Source: Antedon mediterranea | Taxonomy: Eukaryota > Animalia > Echinodermata | Direction of reading: 5' to 3' | Length of the DNA stretch: 64,000 bases | Assembly: GCF_964355755.1 (NCBI RefSeq) | Contig: NC_092675.1 | Coordinates: 12,271,812 to 12,335,811, forward strand | Part shown: in pieces, positions 35,992 through 48,937 of the stretch | Layout: every line of letters begins with the position of its first letter | Numbering within the stretch: position 1 is the stretch's first letter | The notes under the pieces: model-generated | The model's database searches: none | What the model was told of the DNA's origin: nothing | What the model saw: only the letters and a program-made list of their open reading frames with translations | Made by a program: the position numbers and the translations under genes

Positions 35992-38900
35992 TGTGGTAAC
36001 GGAAACTAGAGTGAGCGTTGAGGGCAGGTTGTTGGAACACGAGGTTGAGAAAGAAAGAGACAATAAAGTGTTGATTCATACTACTATGTTTCTTGTTCTT
36101 ATTTAATTTGTGTGGATACTACAATTGGCGACGAGGATGAACTATAATATAGTAAGTAAACCACACCCATTTCTGGAATCTCCAGGCACGCCCGTTGTTC
36201 AGTAGAAAACATGGAAAATTATATTTCAAAATTACTTGTCGGCTGCTGACTTGGAGGGAGCGTCGGCGGGCCGCCGCAAAGCTATCCTGATAGCGTCGTT
36301 AGGTACTGCAGCTCAACGAATTTATTACACTGTTTTGAACAGTAGGGCTACTTCGGCTGCCATATCAGGTGCACAGCAGGCAGCAGATGATGATAATGAT
36401 GAATATACAAGAGCATTACAATTACTTGGTGACTATTTTGAACCTAAAATTAACGTTGTAGCGGAGAGGTACAAGTTTCGTAGCCGATCTCACGAACCAG
36501 GTGAGAACGTTCAAACGTTACTTAGCTTGTACGTGCCAGTTTGCTGGGTTCCATGACGACATGATCCGTAATCAGATTGTAGAAAAAACAAACTCTACAA
36601 GAGTACGTGAAAGATTATTAATGGAGAAAGACTTGATCTTGACCAAAGCTATATAGATTGCAGAGAGGGTCGAATCAGCTGAGAAGGAACGGAAAGCAAT
36701 ATAGGGGATAGTGGTAAAGATTCCTGATGAACTCAGTGCAGTACCAATGCCAGTGTGTGCACAAACACAGGTGAACAAAAGGAGCTACCGTAACAATGGT
36801 CCTAATGGGGAAGGAAAAAGACGATGTTTTCGATGCGGCCACCTGGCAAATTCTGATGAATGTCCAGCAAGGAGTCGAGTATGCCGTCAGTGTTCCAGAG
36901 TAGGCCACTTTCAGCGCATGTGTCAGGAAGTTGGTAATGCAAATGTTATGCAGTGTTTCGATGGAGAAGCTAATGGTGAGTGCATGAGGAAGACAAATAT
37001 TTCAGTGACTATTCGGGTGAATAATGTGAATCTACCTTTTGTTGTTGATACAGCGTCAGATGTATCCCTGTTAAGTATGAAACTGTTTCAAAGACATTTT
37101 GTGCATGAAGCACTGTACCCAAGTGGAGTTAACTTGTTAACTTATACAAGACAAACAATTAAAATTGTTGGGGAATTTAATGCATTGGTTAAGTACAAGT
37201 CAAAAATGGCTACAGCAAAGTTTTTAGTAGTAGACAAAGGGTGTTCTATTTTGGAAAAAGATTTGATTCAAAGGCTAGCGTTAACAATTGATGGGTCGAC
37301 TATGTCATGTTTGACAATTAAAGTTGAGAACTGTGAGGGTGAGGATACCAATATGGGTTGGGTAAAAAATAAGTTTCCCCATCTATTTGGTTCTGATCTG
37401 GGACACATTAAGGGTTTTGAGCATACAGTTAAGGCTAATTCCCAAGTGCCACCTGTGCAGCAAGTACTGAGAAGACTGCCTCTGGCAGTTCGGGACAAAG
37501 TTACTAATGAGTTGAATAGGTTGGAGAAGGAAGGAGTTATTGAAAGGGTTAAGAGGGCAACCGATTGGGTGTCTCCATTAGTAGTTATTTGGAAGAAAAA
37601 TGGTGAAATACGACTTTGTGTGGATTTGAGAAAAGTAAATGAATCCATAGTAATTGAAAAACACCCTTTACCAAAAATTGATGAATTATTAGATACCATG
37701 TCAGGTGGTAAATTGTTTAGCAAATTAGATTTGAAGTCTGCATATCACCAGTTAAATTTACATGAAAATAGTAGGGACCTTACAACGTTTGTATCCCACA
37801 AGGGTTTGTACAGTTTTTAAAAGGTGTGCTTTGGGTTGGCTTCTGCTCCTACCGCATTTCAAAAAATAATGTCAATAATACTGCAAGGAATTCCTAATAT
37901 TTGGTACTTTATTGATGATATTTGTGTTTTTGGCAGGACTAAATCAGATCATGATACAGCTCTAAAGGCAGTACTAAATAGGCTTCAAGAGTATGGAATG
38001 CGCCTCAATGACAAGTGTGAGTTTGGAGTGACTAGCGTTAAAATTTTGGTCCATGTATTAGATTCAGAGGGGCTTCACCCAAACCCAGAATTAGTTAAAG
38101 CAATAACATGCGCTCCGGTTCCAGAAAATAAAGAGCAGGTGAAATCCTTTCTGGGCTTAGCCGGATACTATTCCAAATTTATCAAGAATTATGCAACTCT
38201 CGTACAGCCACTAAGGGATATTCAATTAGGGGAGAAATTTGACTTGAGTGAAAGGGTCAGTGGGGCATTTGCATTGATTAAGCAGAGCATTGTGACATGT
38301 CCAGCCCTTGCCTTGTTTGACCCAGAAAGGGAAGTAATTGTGACGACAGATGGGTCGGGGTATGGAATAGGGGCTATTCTCACCCATCTAATCGAAGGGA
38401 AGGATGTAACCATAGCTTTCACATCAAGGAAGTTAACATGTGCAGAAAGAAAATATTCCACAGGCGAATGTGAAGCCTTGACATGTGTGTACTCAATTGA
38501 GAAATTTTATACGTACCTATGGGGTAGACATTTTATACTACGAACCGATCACAAAGCACTGACAACACTGTTAGCATCTAGTGGAAATGGCCACATACCT
38601 ATGGGTATAGCTAGATGGGGTGCAATGCTGCTAAATTATAACTACACCGTTGAATACAAACCAGGCTCTGATAATGTTGTGGCAGATGGATTATCTCGTC
38701 TGCCATTGGAATATGAAGGGGGGTCTTCTGAACAGAACAATGAAATTGCTGCGGTATGTTGTAGAGATAGAGGAAGAGTGTTGTATAACCCTGGAAAATT
38801 TAAGGCTGAGGTAGATAAAGATCAAACCCAACATAAAGTGATTAAATACATAGAGTCTGGTTGGCCGGAAAGTAAAGATATGTTGGATAGCAACATACTG

Positions 38901-40247
38901 CCATATTATAAAGTACGGGAGGAATTAATAGTATTAGAAAATAGAGTTTACAGAGGTGATAGGGTGGTGGTACCAGATTCCCTAACAGTTCATTTAATTT
39001 ACAATGCACATGAGGCTCACCAAGGGATAATGAGAACTAAGAAAAGATTGTATTGGTGGCCAAGAATGGATACCCATGTAGAACATATAATTAAACATTG
39101 CATTGTGTGTATAGAACATTATAAAACGGTAAAGATTTCCAAAGCTCCAATGACACCCATAGAATACCCATCAATGCCCTGGGAAAAGTTGGGACTAGAT
39201 ATAGTGGGTCCCTGTGACTTACTACCAAGCCAGTGCAGATTTGCCATTACTTTAATTGATTACCATTCTAAGTGGCCAGAGGTATGTTTTGTAACAAAAG
39301 TTACCACACAAGTCGTAATAGACTTTCTGTCGAGGGTATTTGCTCGGGAGGGCTACCAATTAGAATTGATAACTGATCATGGAGCTCAGTTTGTCAGTTA
39401 CGAAATGAAACAATTTCTGAAACAAAGGGATATTAGGCATTTGCATTCTGCTATTTATCACCCACAGAGTAATGGGGCAGTAGAAAGATTTAACAAAGTG
39501 TTAAAACAAACAATACAAACTGCATCATTAGAAGGGAAAGAAGTTAAATAATATGTACAGTCATTTTTATTTGTATATAGAAACACTCCACACTCAACAA
39601 CAGAGGTGGAACCAGCATTGCTGTTACATGGACGAAAATTAAGAAACCAGTTAAATATAAAAGGATTGACACCGCCATCAGATGTGGTGGTTGATAAAAC
39701 TAAACTTAAAGAACTAGTAAGGGTTAAACAAGAGAAACAAAAGAAATATTTTGATAATCATAACAGTGTGAAATTACCTGTTGTACAGGAAGGAATGCAT
39801 GTAAAGGTAAAGAAAACTGGATATGTACATAAGGGTAGTAGTTAATTTATGGGGCCATTTCGAGTAGTTAAGAAGGTGGAAAAAACATATAATATTGAAA
39901 GGCTGGCTATTGTAAGCCCTGATTGTAAGAAATGGGCGACGCCATTGAATAAGGTATTGATAGATGATTTTGAAAATGAACAACCAGAACATGTAAATGT
40001 AGATATATTCATACAAAGAGATGTAGACCAAGTTCCGTATAGAACTAGGTCAGGTAGAGTAGTAAGAAATCCTAGTAGGTACGTTGAAGAATGTAATTTG
40101 TTACAAGGGGGAGATTGTGGTAACGGGAACTAGAGTGGGCGTTGAGGGCAGGTTGTTGGAACACGAGGTTGAGAAAGAAAGAGACAATAAAGTGTTGATT
40201 CATACTGCTGTGTTTCTTGTTCTTATTTAATTTGTGTGGATACTACA
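35992..40247 (+). mobile_element. Gypsy/Ty3 (Mag-like) LTR retrotransposon, complete structure, ORFs disrupted
   Basis: 132-bp LTRs 35992-36123 and 40116-40247 (4 mismatches). GTATC TSD. PBS TGGCGACGAGGAT (tRNA-Ser type). PPT AAGGGGGAGA. Domain order gag CCHC - PR (VDTAS) - RT (IRLCVDLR, YFIDD) - RH (TDH) - IN (H..HQG, TDHGAQF, SNGAVERFN). Confidence 0.96.
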
Positions 40248-41945
40248 GTATCAGCAGTAACATATTACAGCATTTATATTTGACAAATTGACAAAACATA
40301 TTGAACAAATTAAATTTCCCCAATAAATGTATTAAATGTAGACGCATGCCATCGAGTTTTAGCCCTCTGTTCTTGTTGCTCTTTTGGCGCTCCATAGAAA
40401 CGGAAATATTGAAAGTTCAGTATGCGAAAGTGTGCAAGAAACACGTCTGTAAAATCACCAATTTTTATTTATATTTATGTATTTATTTGTTACTTTTTAT
40501 GTTAATCTCTTTCATATAAGTACTTATGTTTGTGATCTATATATAAATTTACGTAAGGGCAAAATTCGGTAAATCGTGCCTTACTTTTACAATTTTTACT
40601 CGATGGTATATAAAGTTGGTTCGTACTTTCGGTACTGATTTTAACCACCTGATGTAACCCTGTTTACTAATTAAATTGAGTTAGATAATTAGTTATTGAC
40701 AATTAAAACAAATTTAGGTTCAACGATTTGCCCCAAATAGGGGTGTTTTTCAATCGTGGTATACACTGTCTAATGGATGTCCGTCTTGAAAAATACCCAC
40801 AGACAATAATACGAGGATGCTTCGCATTTTCCTATCTCCTCCTACGATAATTGTTTTTAATGGCTGAAAACCGGTTGAACAGCTCGAGTACAGCATCATA
40901 ATGTTGAAGACAGGCCGCTTTTCTTTAAAAAATACTATTTTGATAGATTTAATATACGTTTATACAAATGTATTGATTTGCGATGAATGGAACGTTCCAA
41001 TCTCTGTTCCACAAGTGTCTATTCCCTCAGGCGTCGTAAAGGCAAGTACTGTATACTCATAACAGAAATTCGATCCATTTTTTTTCCAATCTGTGCTGCA
41101 GAGGTTGGATATAATTTTTTTTTAACGGATAATGAGCTAGCGTTTTCAGTCGCCGTATATTATGTACAAATCTTTATTATTGCATTTAAACCACCCACAT
41201 CATCACCCTTCCCTCACTGGCATGAGTAGCGTTGTAAAGCCAGTAGAGGATAGGCCTACGGTGCATCAAATCCCCTAAACGCAGAACAACTTTGGTGGGT
41301 AGGGTAGGAACCAACTTAAGTATGAATTGGCTCTAAGAAACAATTGAAAACCATTAGGCCTACTAATAAAGTTGAGTTAGATAATTTAATTTTTATTGAC
41401 GATTAAATCGATTTTATGATTTTCCCCGAATAGAGGTGGTTTTCACAAATTGTTTTACATTATATAAACATACACGTCGTAGTGATGTATCGTTACATGT
41501 ACTGTACTATTTCAATCGACTAGGACGGTGATAGTTTCAACAAAGTGTTACATAGCAATGTTTTACTGTGTTTAGTGATATATTATTTGTAAAACATGAA
41601 AACAATTAATATTTCGTTACTAAATGGATAAAGAATATATTTAATATATTTAAAAATTGTTCCTCTTTGCACCCACCCTCTTCCCCATCCCTCACCCCTA
41701 ATGTTACATACAAAACACAAATTAAGTTTGTTTAAATTTGACTTAAACAATTGGTCTCATTTTGTGACAAGTTTCTCTTTCGGAAGTAATTCTCAGGGTG
41801 CTAATTTTAGTTGAGTACATAAATCAGTGTCTATTTATTCGGTCGTTCCTGTAAACGACATGTATTATTGTACGTACATATTTGAAATCGCCAGTTTTTT
41901 AACGCTGAAATTATTATGTATTCGAGAACCATCTGTGGGCACGAC

Positions 41946-41982
41946 CTAGATGGTACGCGAGCGAAGCGAGCGTACCATCTAG
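41946..41982 (+). other. 13-bp-stem hairpin ending CTAG(T); probable Helitron 3' terminus
   Basis: CTAGATGGTACGC-GAGCGAAGCGA-GCGTACCATCTAG followed by T. Confidence 0.55.
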
Positions 41983-43553
41983 TTTAATTAAATTTATGGT
42001 AAAACGCATTAATAAATGGGGGGAGTGGGGGGGGGGGGTTTACTGGTGGGAATCACCACCCGAAAGGGGACAAATTGCCATCCAACTTTTCTAGACCAGA
42101 ATTTCCGTAAATTACGAATCTGGAAGGTAATCGATCAGGATAGGGAGGGTTTTCGAAATATAAGTTGCATTTATTAGGACTACAATTTCAGTTTTTGGAC
42201 AACTAAAACTACTCATCAGAATCAGAGAATGCCAATTCATCCACAGGATAGGGCATAGGCAGATCCAGGTGGCCCAGCCCAGTAGGTTAACTTCACCATT
42301 TCAATTCACAATTTCTAGGACTCTGGCCATTCACTGATCGCCATCTATTTCTATTTAATGATCTTGGATTAATGTGTTTGTCTTTTAATTGTCAAGTTTT
42401 GCAAATAATGTATGTTTCAATGATTACCTTTCATAAGAGACCACCAGGATTGTTTTCCCTTTTGAAAATATTAAGAGAATATTGCCTGTTTCACTAGTTG
42501 ACGACACATTTACTCAGATCTATAATCTTGGTCAATAATGCTTTAGATTTTTACTTTTATTGGCTAATAAAAACTGGAATCCATAACTCACTACACAGAG
42601 AGACCACAATTTTCTCGATATGGTTGCTAGCCACAGATGGTTTTCCTGTGCATAGTGTAGTACATATTTTGTTTTCTGAAGAAAAAGAAAACCCGTTTGT
42701 AAGGTCCATCTTTCCAAAGGTTCCATATAATATACTGTTAAAGTTAGCAGTATGATAGGAGAGAATAAACTCATCCGATTCTCTTCTTTATGCGTCTATA
42801 TAACGAAAGTAAGATATTTTCATTTCAATTTAAGCTTATTCATAATAAAACATTACATAGTATTGGAAACAATAGACTATGAGGATAAAATGAATGGGAC
42901 ATCAACAATCATTATTGGCAGTGGTAAGGGTTGGAGACTAATAGAACCAAGTCAACGTCAACTAATATATAAAAAGGCAATGCTTGGAATGATTGTGTTC
43001 ACTGTAAATGAGTTAATCATTTCTTTTAATGCAAGTATATGCCCTTTCGGTGCATTGGCTAGTTTTTTGATAGTCCAGAAAATCATTCATGGACATGGGT
43101 TCCAGATTTATCTATTCACTGAGGTTGGTATGTACATATTCTTGAAGTACTAGTTGAACTATGAACTATGTTCTGATAGAAATGGTGATGTAAAGTGATA
43201 ACCAATAATATAGTAAGATTTCTTAGACGCTTATCCACCAAAGTGCTCAAGACGCCTGTGAAAACCCATGGAAAATAATCCGAGCTACCAAATCTAGACA
43301 AAAACCACATACTTGTATTTTGTTTACCAGTTAAGGTGCACAGGTATTCTCAGTTATCTGAATACCTAGACAAATAAAAGCCAAAATTATATATTGCTAA
43401 CATAAAAAAGCAGATCAAATCTGTTTAATGCCTCAAAATGAATATTGCAGGCCTGCAACCATGTTCTGACCAGTCTTTGAAATTGAATTTTGAAAAGTTT
43501 TATAAGTTGTGCTTTAACCATTTATTTTATTCAAGGTCAGCGTAACATTTTAA

Positions 43554-46500
43554 GAGCCATTGTCTGTAAGAATCAAAGAAATATCAAAAAGCAAAAAGAG
43601 TGGTAGACTAAAAAAAATGGATTTCTTTCAAATTTTGCATATGGCTATATATGTGTTGAGAGAAATCAAATATGAAGTATTTTTTATTTTACACGTATAT
43701 TTCCATGGCAACGACCAAATTTGTGTTTTTGACAAATTTTTTCCTTTTTTGAGGTTTTTTAAAATGGATATTGGTACTACTTTGATGAAAGATATTTTTG
43801 TTTTGTTCATTTAATTATAAAAAATAATTAGTGTATGCATAATAACAATGCATTGTGTACCTGTTTCATATATTTTTTTTATTTCATACTTTGGGAGATA
43901 CCATTTATTTGAAAAGGGTGTTTTTCACTTTTTTTTAAATTGTTCAATGCAACTAAACTTTACTTCACCATAACGCCCAAAGTGGTGTATTTTTTCAGCT
44001 GATTTATTACAAATAGGTAGTTCTTATGTTTAAAAATTGATTTCTAAAATAAAATACTGGGGTAATTTAAAAATCTACAAGCAGTGTTGCGAGAAACATA
44101 GGCATTTTTATTTTAAAAAAACATGGTATATTAGTAAAAACATTTTATTTTCTTTGATTATTTGATTTGAAACTCATTGGTCAGAACAATTCTTAATGTT
44201 TTATATAGTTCTAGTTGTGTTGTGAGAAAAAAACACAATATTTTTAATTATAGATTCTGTAATTCCCAGTTTTAATGTCATTTTATAGGTTATATCCTCT
44301 GGAAATTTGAATAAATTATCAGATCGTTGTGAATTTTAATCTTTGCAACAGATTACTCCTCTCTTATTTTGAAGCTCCTCTTTCATTTGTTTACTTCTTT
44401 TATTTGCTAACCTAAGCAGATCCCACATGCCCATTCACCACCACTTTCGACTCTACCACCCCCACCCCCCCCCCTACCCCGACAATAACCACAAATAGAT
44501 AAACTACAAGACTTTGGTCGATCATCCACTATAGAGTGTCAAATGCATGTATTTAAGCACCACCCACACTGCTGCTACCATCGCCCCAACGAATAGACGG
44601 ATTCAAACGGCTCCATCCCACCCCCTCCCCCTTTCTCAACGCCCCCACCCACCCCAAGTTAAAAATTGCAATGCAAAAGATAGGACATAAAGTTAAGTTT
44701 TTAGACCTTCGCCTCCAACCCCTTAACTATTTCAAACTCCTGGATCCACCACTTTCCCCTCCCCAAAAATTGAACCAATCAAATGTCAATGATATACTCA
44801 GGTATTTTAATGCTACATAACAAATATTGAAGCCCTGACGTGAAATTTCATTTCATTTAAGGTCAGCATGTAAAATATCACACTTTATTATTAAATATTG
44901 GTTTTAAATTCTATATTTTTTTTATTGTGATGGTTGGATTCAGTATTAATTATTAATTAATAATTATCTGATAATTATTTAATTTCCCTTAGTTATGCAT
45001 AGCAACAGTTACTATGGTAACTAAAATTGAGATATTCTTTAGATTTTGCATATTTATCTTATACAAATTTAAATTTGTAGATTATTAGCAGGCATGCCTT
45101 ATTTGCATTTTCAAATTACCGTTTCACAAGGTCATATTCGTAAGGATTTTCTTCTGTGATTATTTTTATTCATGAAAACCCCATATTTTATTTACAGCGG
45201 GCACCTCCCGTAAGCAGCCACCTCCCTTAACGGACGCACTTTGAAAAGCCTGTTTGTTCTTCCTATCTAATTAGTGCATTTGGTGCTTACCGTAAGAAGC
45301 TGCGGGCACCTTTTTATACTAAAAATGAGATTTTTTGTAAGCGGCCAATCGAAAAATGTGATACTTATTGCATGGACCTATGAATTAGAGGTCCATGTTT
45401 ATTGTATTTCTTTATATATTAGCTTTATTTTGAAGAGGTTTTAAAAACATTACTGTGAAGAGATAAGAAAACTACACAGATTTTGACCGACCCTTTTCAT
45501 ATAAAAGCTTTTAAAATGTGTCTGAAAATGCTAAAAAATACTAAACCACCTGATTATAAATAGGCCTACAATTAGCTGGAAAATTGAGAGGCTCGTTTCG
45601 TTAAGAATATCGTATATATCCACAATACGTGATTTTGGTCCTTTATCGGCAGAACCTCCCGTAAGGGGTCACATCCCGTAACCGGCCACTTTTCCAGGTC
45701 CCGAGGGTGGCCACTTACTTAAACTGTATTTAAAAAAACAATTATCCTTAGTTACGCATAGAAACAGGTTCTAAGATAACATAAATAATACATTTTGACA
45801 TAATTTGACCCAACAAATGACCCTTTCACAAGGTCAGAAATTTTCTGGGATTCAGTAGATAAGTAAATTTGGGAAAAAGTAGTAAAGCTATGTAATCAAT
45901 TGTTTGTAGTCATGAAACCCCATATTAAAAATATTGTACTTAGTTACGTATAGAAACAGTTGCTACAATACACTATAGGTAAAATGTTGATGTCATTTGA
46001 CCTCAATATGTAAAATATAATTTTTTTTTCATGAAAACTCCATATTTTATTTAAAAAAACATATCCTTAGTTACGTAAACAGGTCAATTTTTTACCTTTA
46101 TTCAGATTTGTCAAGACTTTCTTTCTGAGATTATTAGGATTCAGTATTTAAAGTAACTTTGGCAAAAAGTAGAAATGTAAAACTATGTAGAAAAAATGTT
46201 TTGTATTTATGAAAACCCCTTATTTTAAAAATATTTTCGCATAGAAACAGTTACTATGGTAAATGTTGACCTCATTTGACCTCAAAATGAATGAATTTAC
46301 AAGGTTAAGTTTGTCATCACTTTAAGAATAATAGAATGCAGTAGAAGTAAAATTGAGAAAAATTGCAAATGCAATCAATTCTTTGTATTCATAAAAACGC
46401 CATTTTTTACGTTTTTTAAAAATTACCTTCCTTAGTTACACATATAAATGGTTGCTAAGGTATCACTATAGGAAAAAAAATTAAAATTGTGGAGAATTTT

Positions 46501-47455
46501 TATGAACTATCTTTTAAATTGTGATCAAACATTAATAGTTAATAGTAGTAAAGTGGGGACCTGTCCTGTTTTGCATTCTGACCCCTTTTGACCTAAAATG
46601 ACCTATTTACAAGGTCAGATTTTCTAGGAGGTCTTTCTGTATCTCTTTACACAAAATAGATTTAAAAATTTATAAAAACCATTTCAAAGTTTAACATTAT
46701 TTTCCATCAACTAAATATTTCAATGCAAAATACTGTTTTTCTGGCAATTAATTGAAATAAACCTGGCAACACATTCTCCTATTTTATCTAAACTATTCGT
46801 ATGACTCTAATAGCATTATAACAAGCCACATATACATTTTATTATTGGATTAGCCATATTTAAATTGTGTTTCATGTGTTTTGTTTGTTGATATTTTGTT
46901 TGTATTTTTTTGTATTTTTCGTATTTTCCTGGCAACACAAAACCTATGTACAAAATTTACCCCTGTGTTTTTTCGTGATTATTGTTAACAAACTTATTGA
47001 CTATCAAATTAAAAAACCTCATTGATTTAAAAACACCACTTTGGAAGTTATAGGTACGTTTACGAGGTATACTTTTATAAAAAAAATATTTTTTAAAAAT
47101 ACCCCTTTTTAAAAATAATGGTATCAACTAAACTCCATTTTGTTTTTTTTTTCTACATTAAATGGAACTCAATACATGTTGTTTACACTGCTATAAACAA
47201 AAACTGTATACTGTAAGTATTTTTGGTTAAAATAAGTATACAAGTTTGTACTTTTTCACTATAGAAAATCTGTAAAAAATGGCAAAAACATAAACATTTT
47301 GATAATTGACCGTTGTCATGGCAACGAAGGCTAAAAATTAAAATGAATGTTATAGATATGCTTTTTATTGAAATGTCTATTCATGATAAAAATTTGAGAG
47401 AAATCCATTTTTTTACATCTGCCACCAAATCTTTGATTTTTACAGACAATGGCTC
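43554..47455. mobile_element. Kolobok-like non-autonomous DNA transposon
   Basis: TTAA|GAGCCATTGTCTGTAA ... TTACAGACAATGGCTC|TTAA. Purine-purine termini and long imperfect subterminal inverted arms. No transposase ORF. Confidence 0.8.
45195..45726. mobile_element. Tc1/pogo-type MITE nested in the Kolobok-like element
   Basis: TA|CAGCGGGCACCTCCCGTAAGCAGCCACC ... GGTGGCCACTTACTTAAACTG|TA, with repeated CCGTAAG subterminal motifs. Confidence 0.6.
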
Positions 47456-48242
47456 TTAAGTCTGATTTGATTAATTACAGTATTATAATTATATTGATTA
47501 AAATTATAATGAAATAACATAACTTTACTGATCAAATAATTTGATTACTTGTAAAACCATCGATATTATAGTTTGCATTTATTCGGTAACTAATATGCAT
47601 ATTAAAATGTTGACCTTTGACCTGATGTCAACTGATTAAATTGACCTTATGTCAACTGATGAAATGATGTATTCGCTCTTTTGACATTGCGTATGATTGA
47701 TAAACAGAGTGAGAAAACATCCAATTTTTGTTAAATATTAGTTTTTATTTGGTTTTATAGGTTTGCATTTATTTGGTAACTAATATGCATATTAAAATGT
47801 TGACCTTATGACAACTGATGAAATTTACTTTATGTCAACTGATGAAATAATGTATTCGCGCTTTTACATTGCATATGATTGATTAACAGGATGAGAAAAC
47901 ATCCAATTTTTGTTAAACATTATTTTTTATGTGGTTTTATAGGTACGTTCTATGATTGGTCAATATTGACATTTGACCCTTAATTACAAATGATTTAAGT
48001 TGATTGAATAGACACCTATAATCATAAAAATATAATAAAAGAAAATTGTGCTTCAACAAATTTGTTATAATACATATACATAATACATTGTTGTAATTGG
48101 TCAATTTTAAAATTTGACCCCTTAAATCTCAAAAACGCTTCCTATCCTGATCGATTACCTTCCAGATTTGTAATCTACGGAAAATTCTGGTCTAGAAAAG
48201 TTGGATGGCAATTTGTCCCCTTTCGAGTGGTGATATACCACT

Positions 48243-48424
48243 CCTGGGGACCCCTTTGGAAACAAGCCTCTGGGCTTAAAGGGCCATCCCCTGCTTTCCA
48301 TGCTTATTTTCTTGTCTAGTCTTGTATTTTTATATTTAATTGTTTCTCTTTTTATTTCATTTACATTATACTGTTTTATTTATTTGTACTGTATTTGGAA
48401 AGCAATAAATATTACTTACTTACT
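48243..48424 (+). mobile_element. Short LINE/SINE 3' tail (L2/CR1-like)
   Basis: Stem-loop GGGGACCCCTTT...AAAGGGCCATCCCC, T-rich UTR, AATAAA, then (TTAC)n. Confidence 0.5.
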
Positions 48425-48536
48425 TTGCCACCGGACTAGTAGGTAGCCATTCCTTTACCCATCTATTCCAAACATGTTTTATAAGTTCTTGTACTCTACG
48501 CCATCGCTTTCTAAGATTAAATTTACTTTTGACACA

Positions 48537-48844
48537 TGTGAGCCCGATAAACAAATACAAGGAAACGAGTATTGGTTGTAAAGTTATTTAATATGAATGG
48601 CAAGTCATCGTTGCAACATGCACGTAAAAGGAGAACATAAAAAGGAACATTGGGATGCTCTGAAAGGGCCAAAACACATGTCTCAAAATCGTAATTGAAA
48701 ACAAAAAGAGAGGGAGTAGAGGGAGGGAAGTAAAAATTATTTTACTTAGCCAAAATCTGGAGTGGTAATCTGTTGACAGCGTGAGGTGAAGAAGATGAGA
48801 TGCTCACGCTGTCAAAAGATGATTGCGAGTGCGCCCCGCAATCA
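48537..48844. mobile_element. 308-bp TG..CA-bounded insertion in the BEL integrase (solo-LTR-like, no TSD)
   Basis: Removing it restores the BEL frame EVIENIT|CVKSKFNLRKRW. Contains two adjacent hairpins. Confidence 0.5.
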
Positions 48845-48937
48845 CGTGATATTTTCTATTACCTCTTCACAAGCAAATCTCCCACCCATTTGACCATGTA
48901 AGAAGTGATTTGGCGTCAAAGAAACAGCTTCGTTTAG

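Larger units (their letters stand above)
42046..48242. mobile_element. Copy 2 of the long-inverted-arm (foldback-like) element, both termini present
   Basis: 42052-42160 is inverted relative to 48120-48234. Core 42163-43505 is shared with copy 1. The right arm resumes after the TTAA element. Confidence 0.7.
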
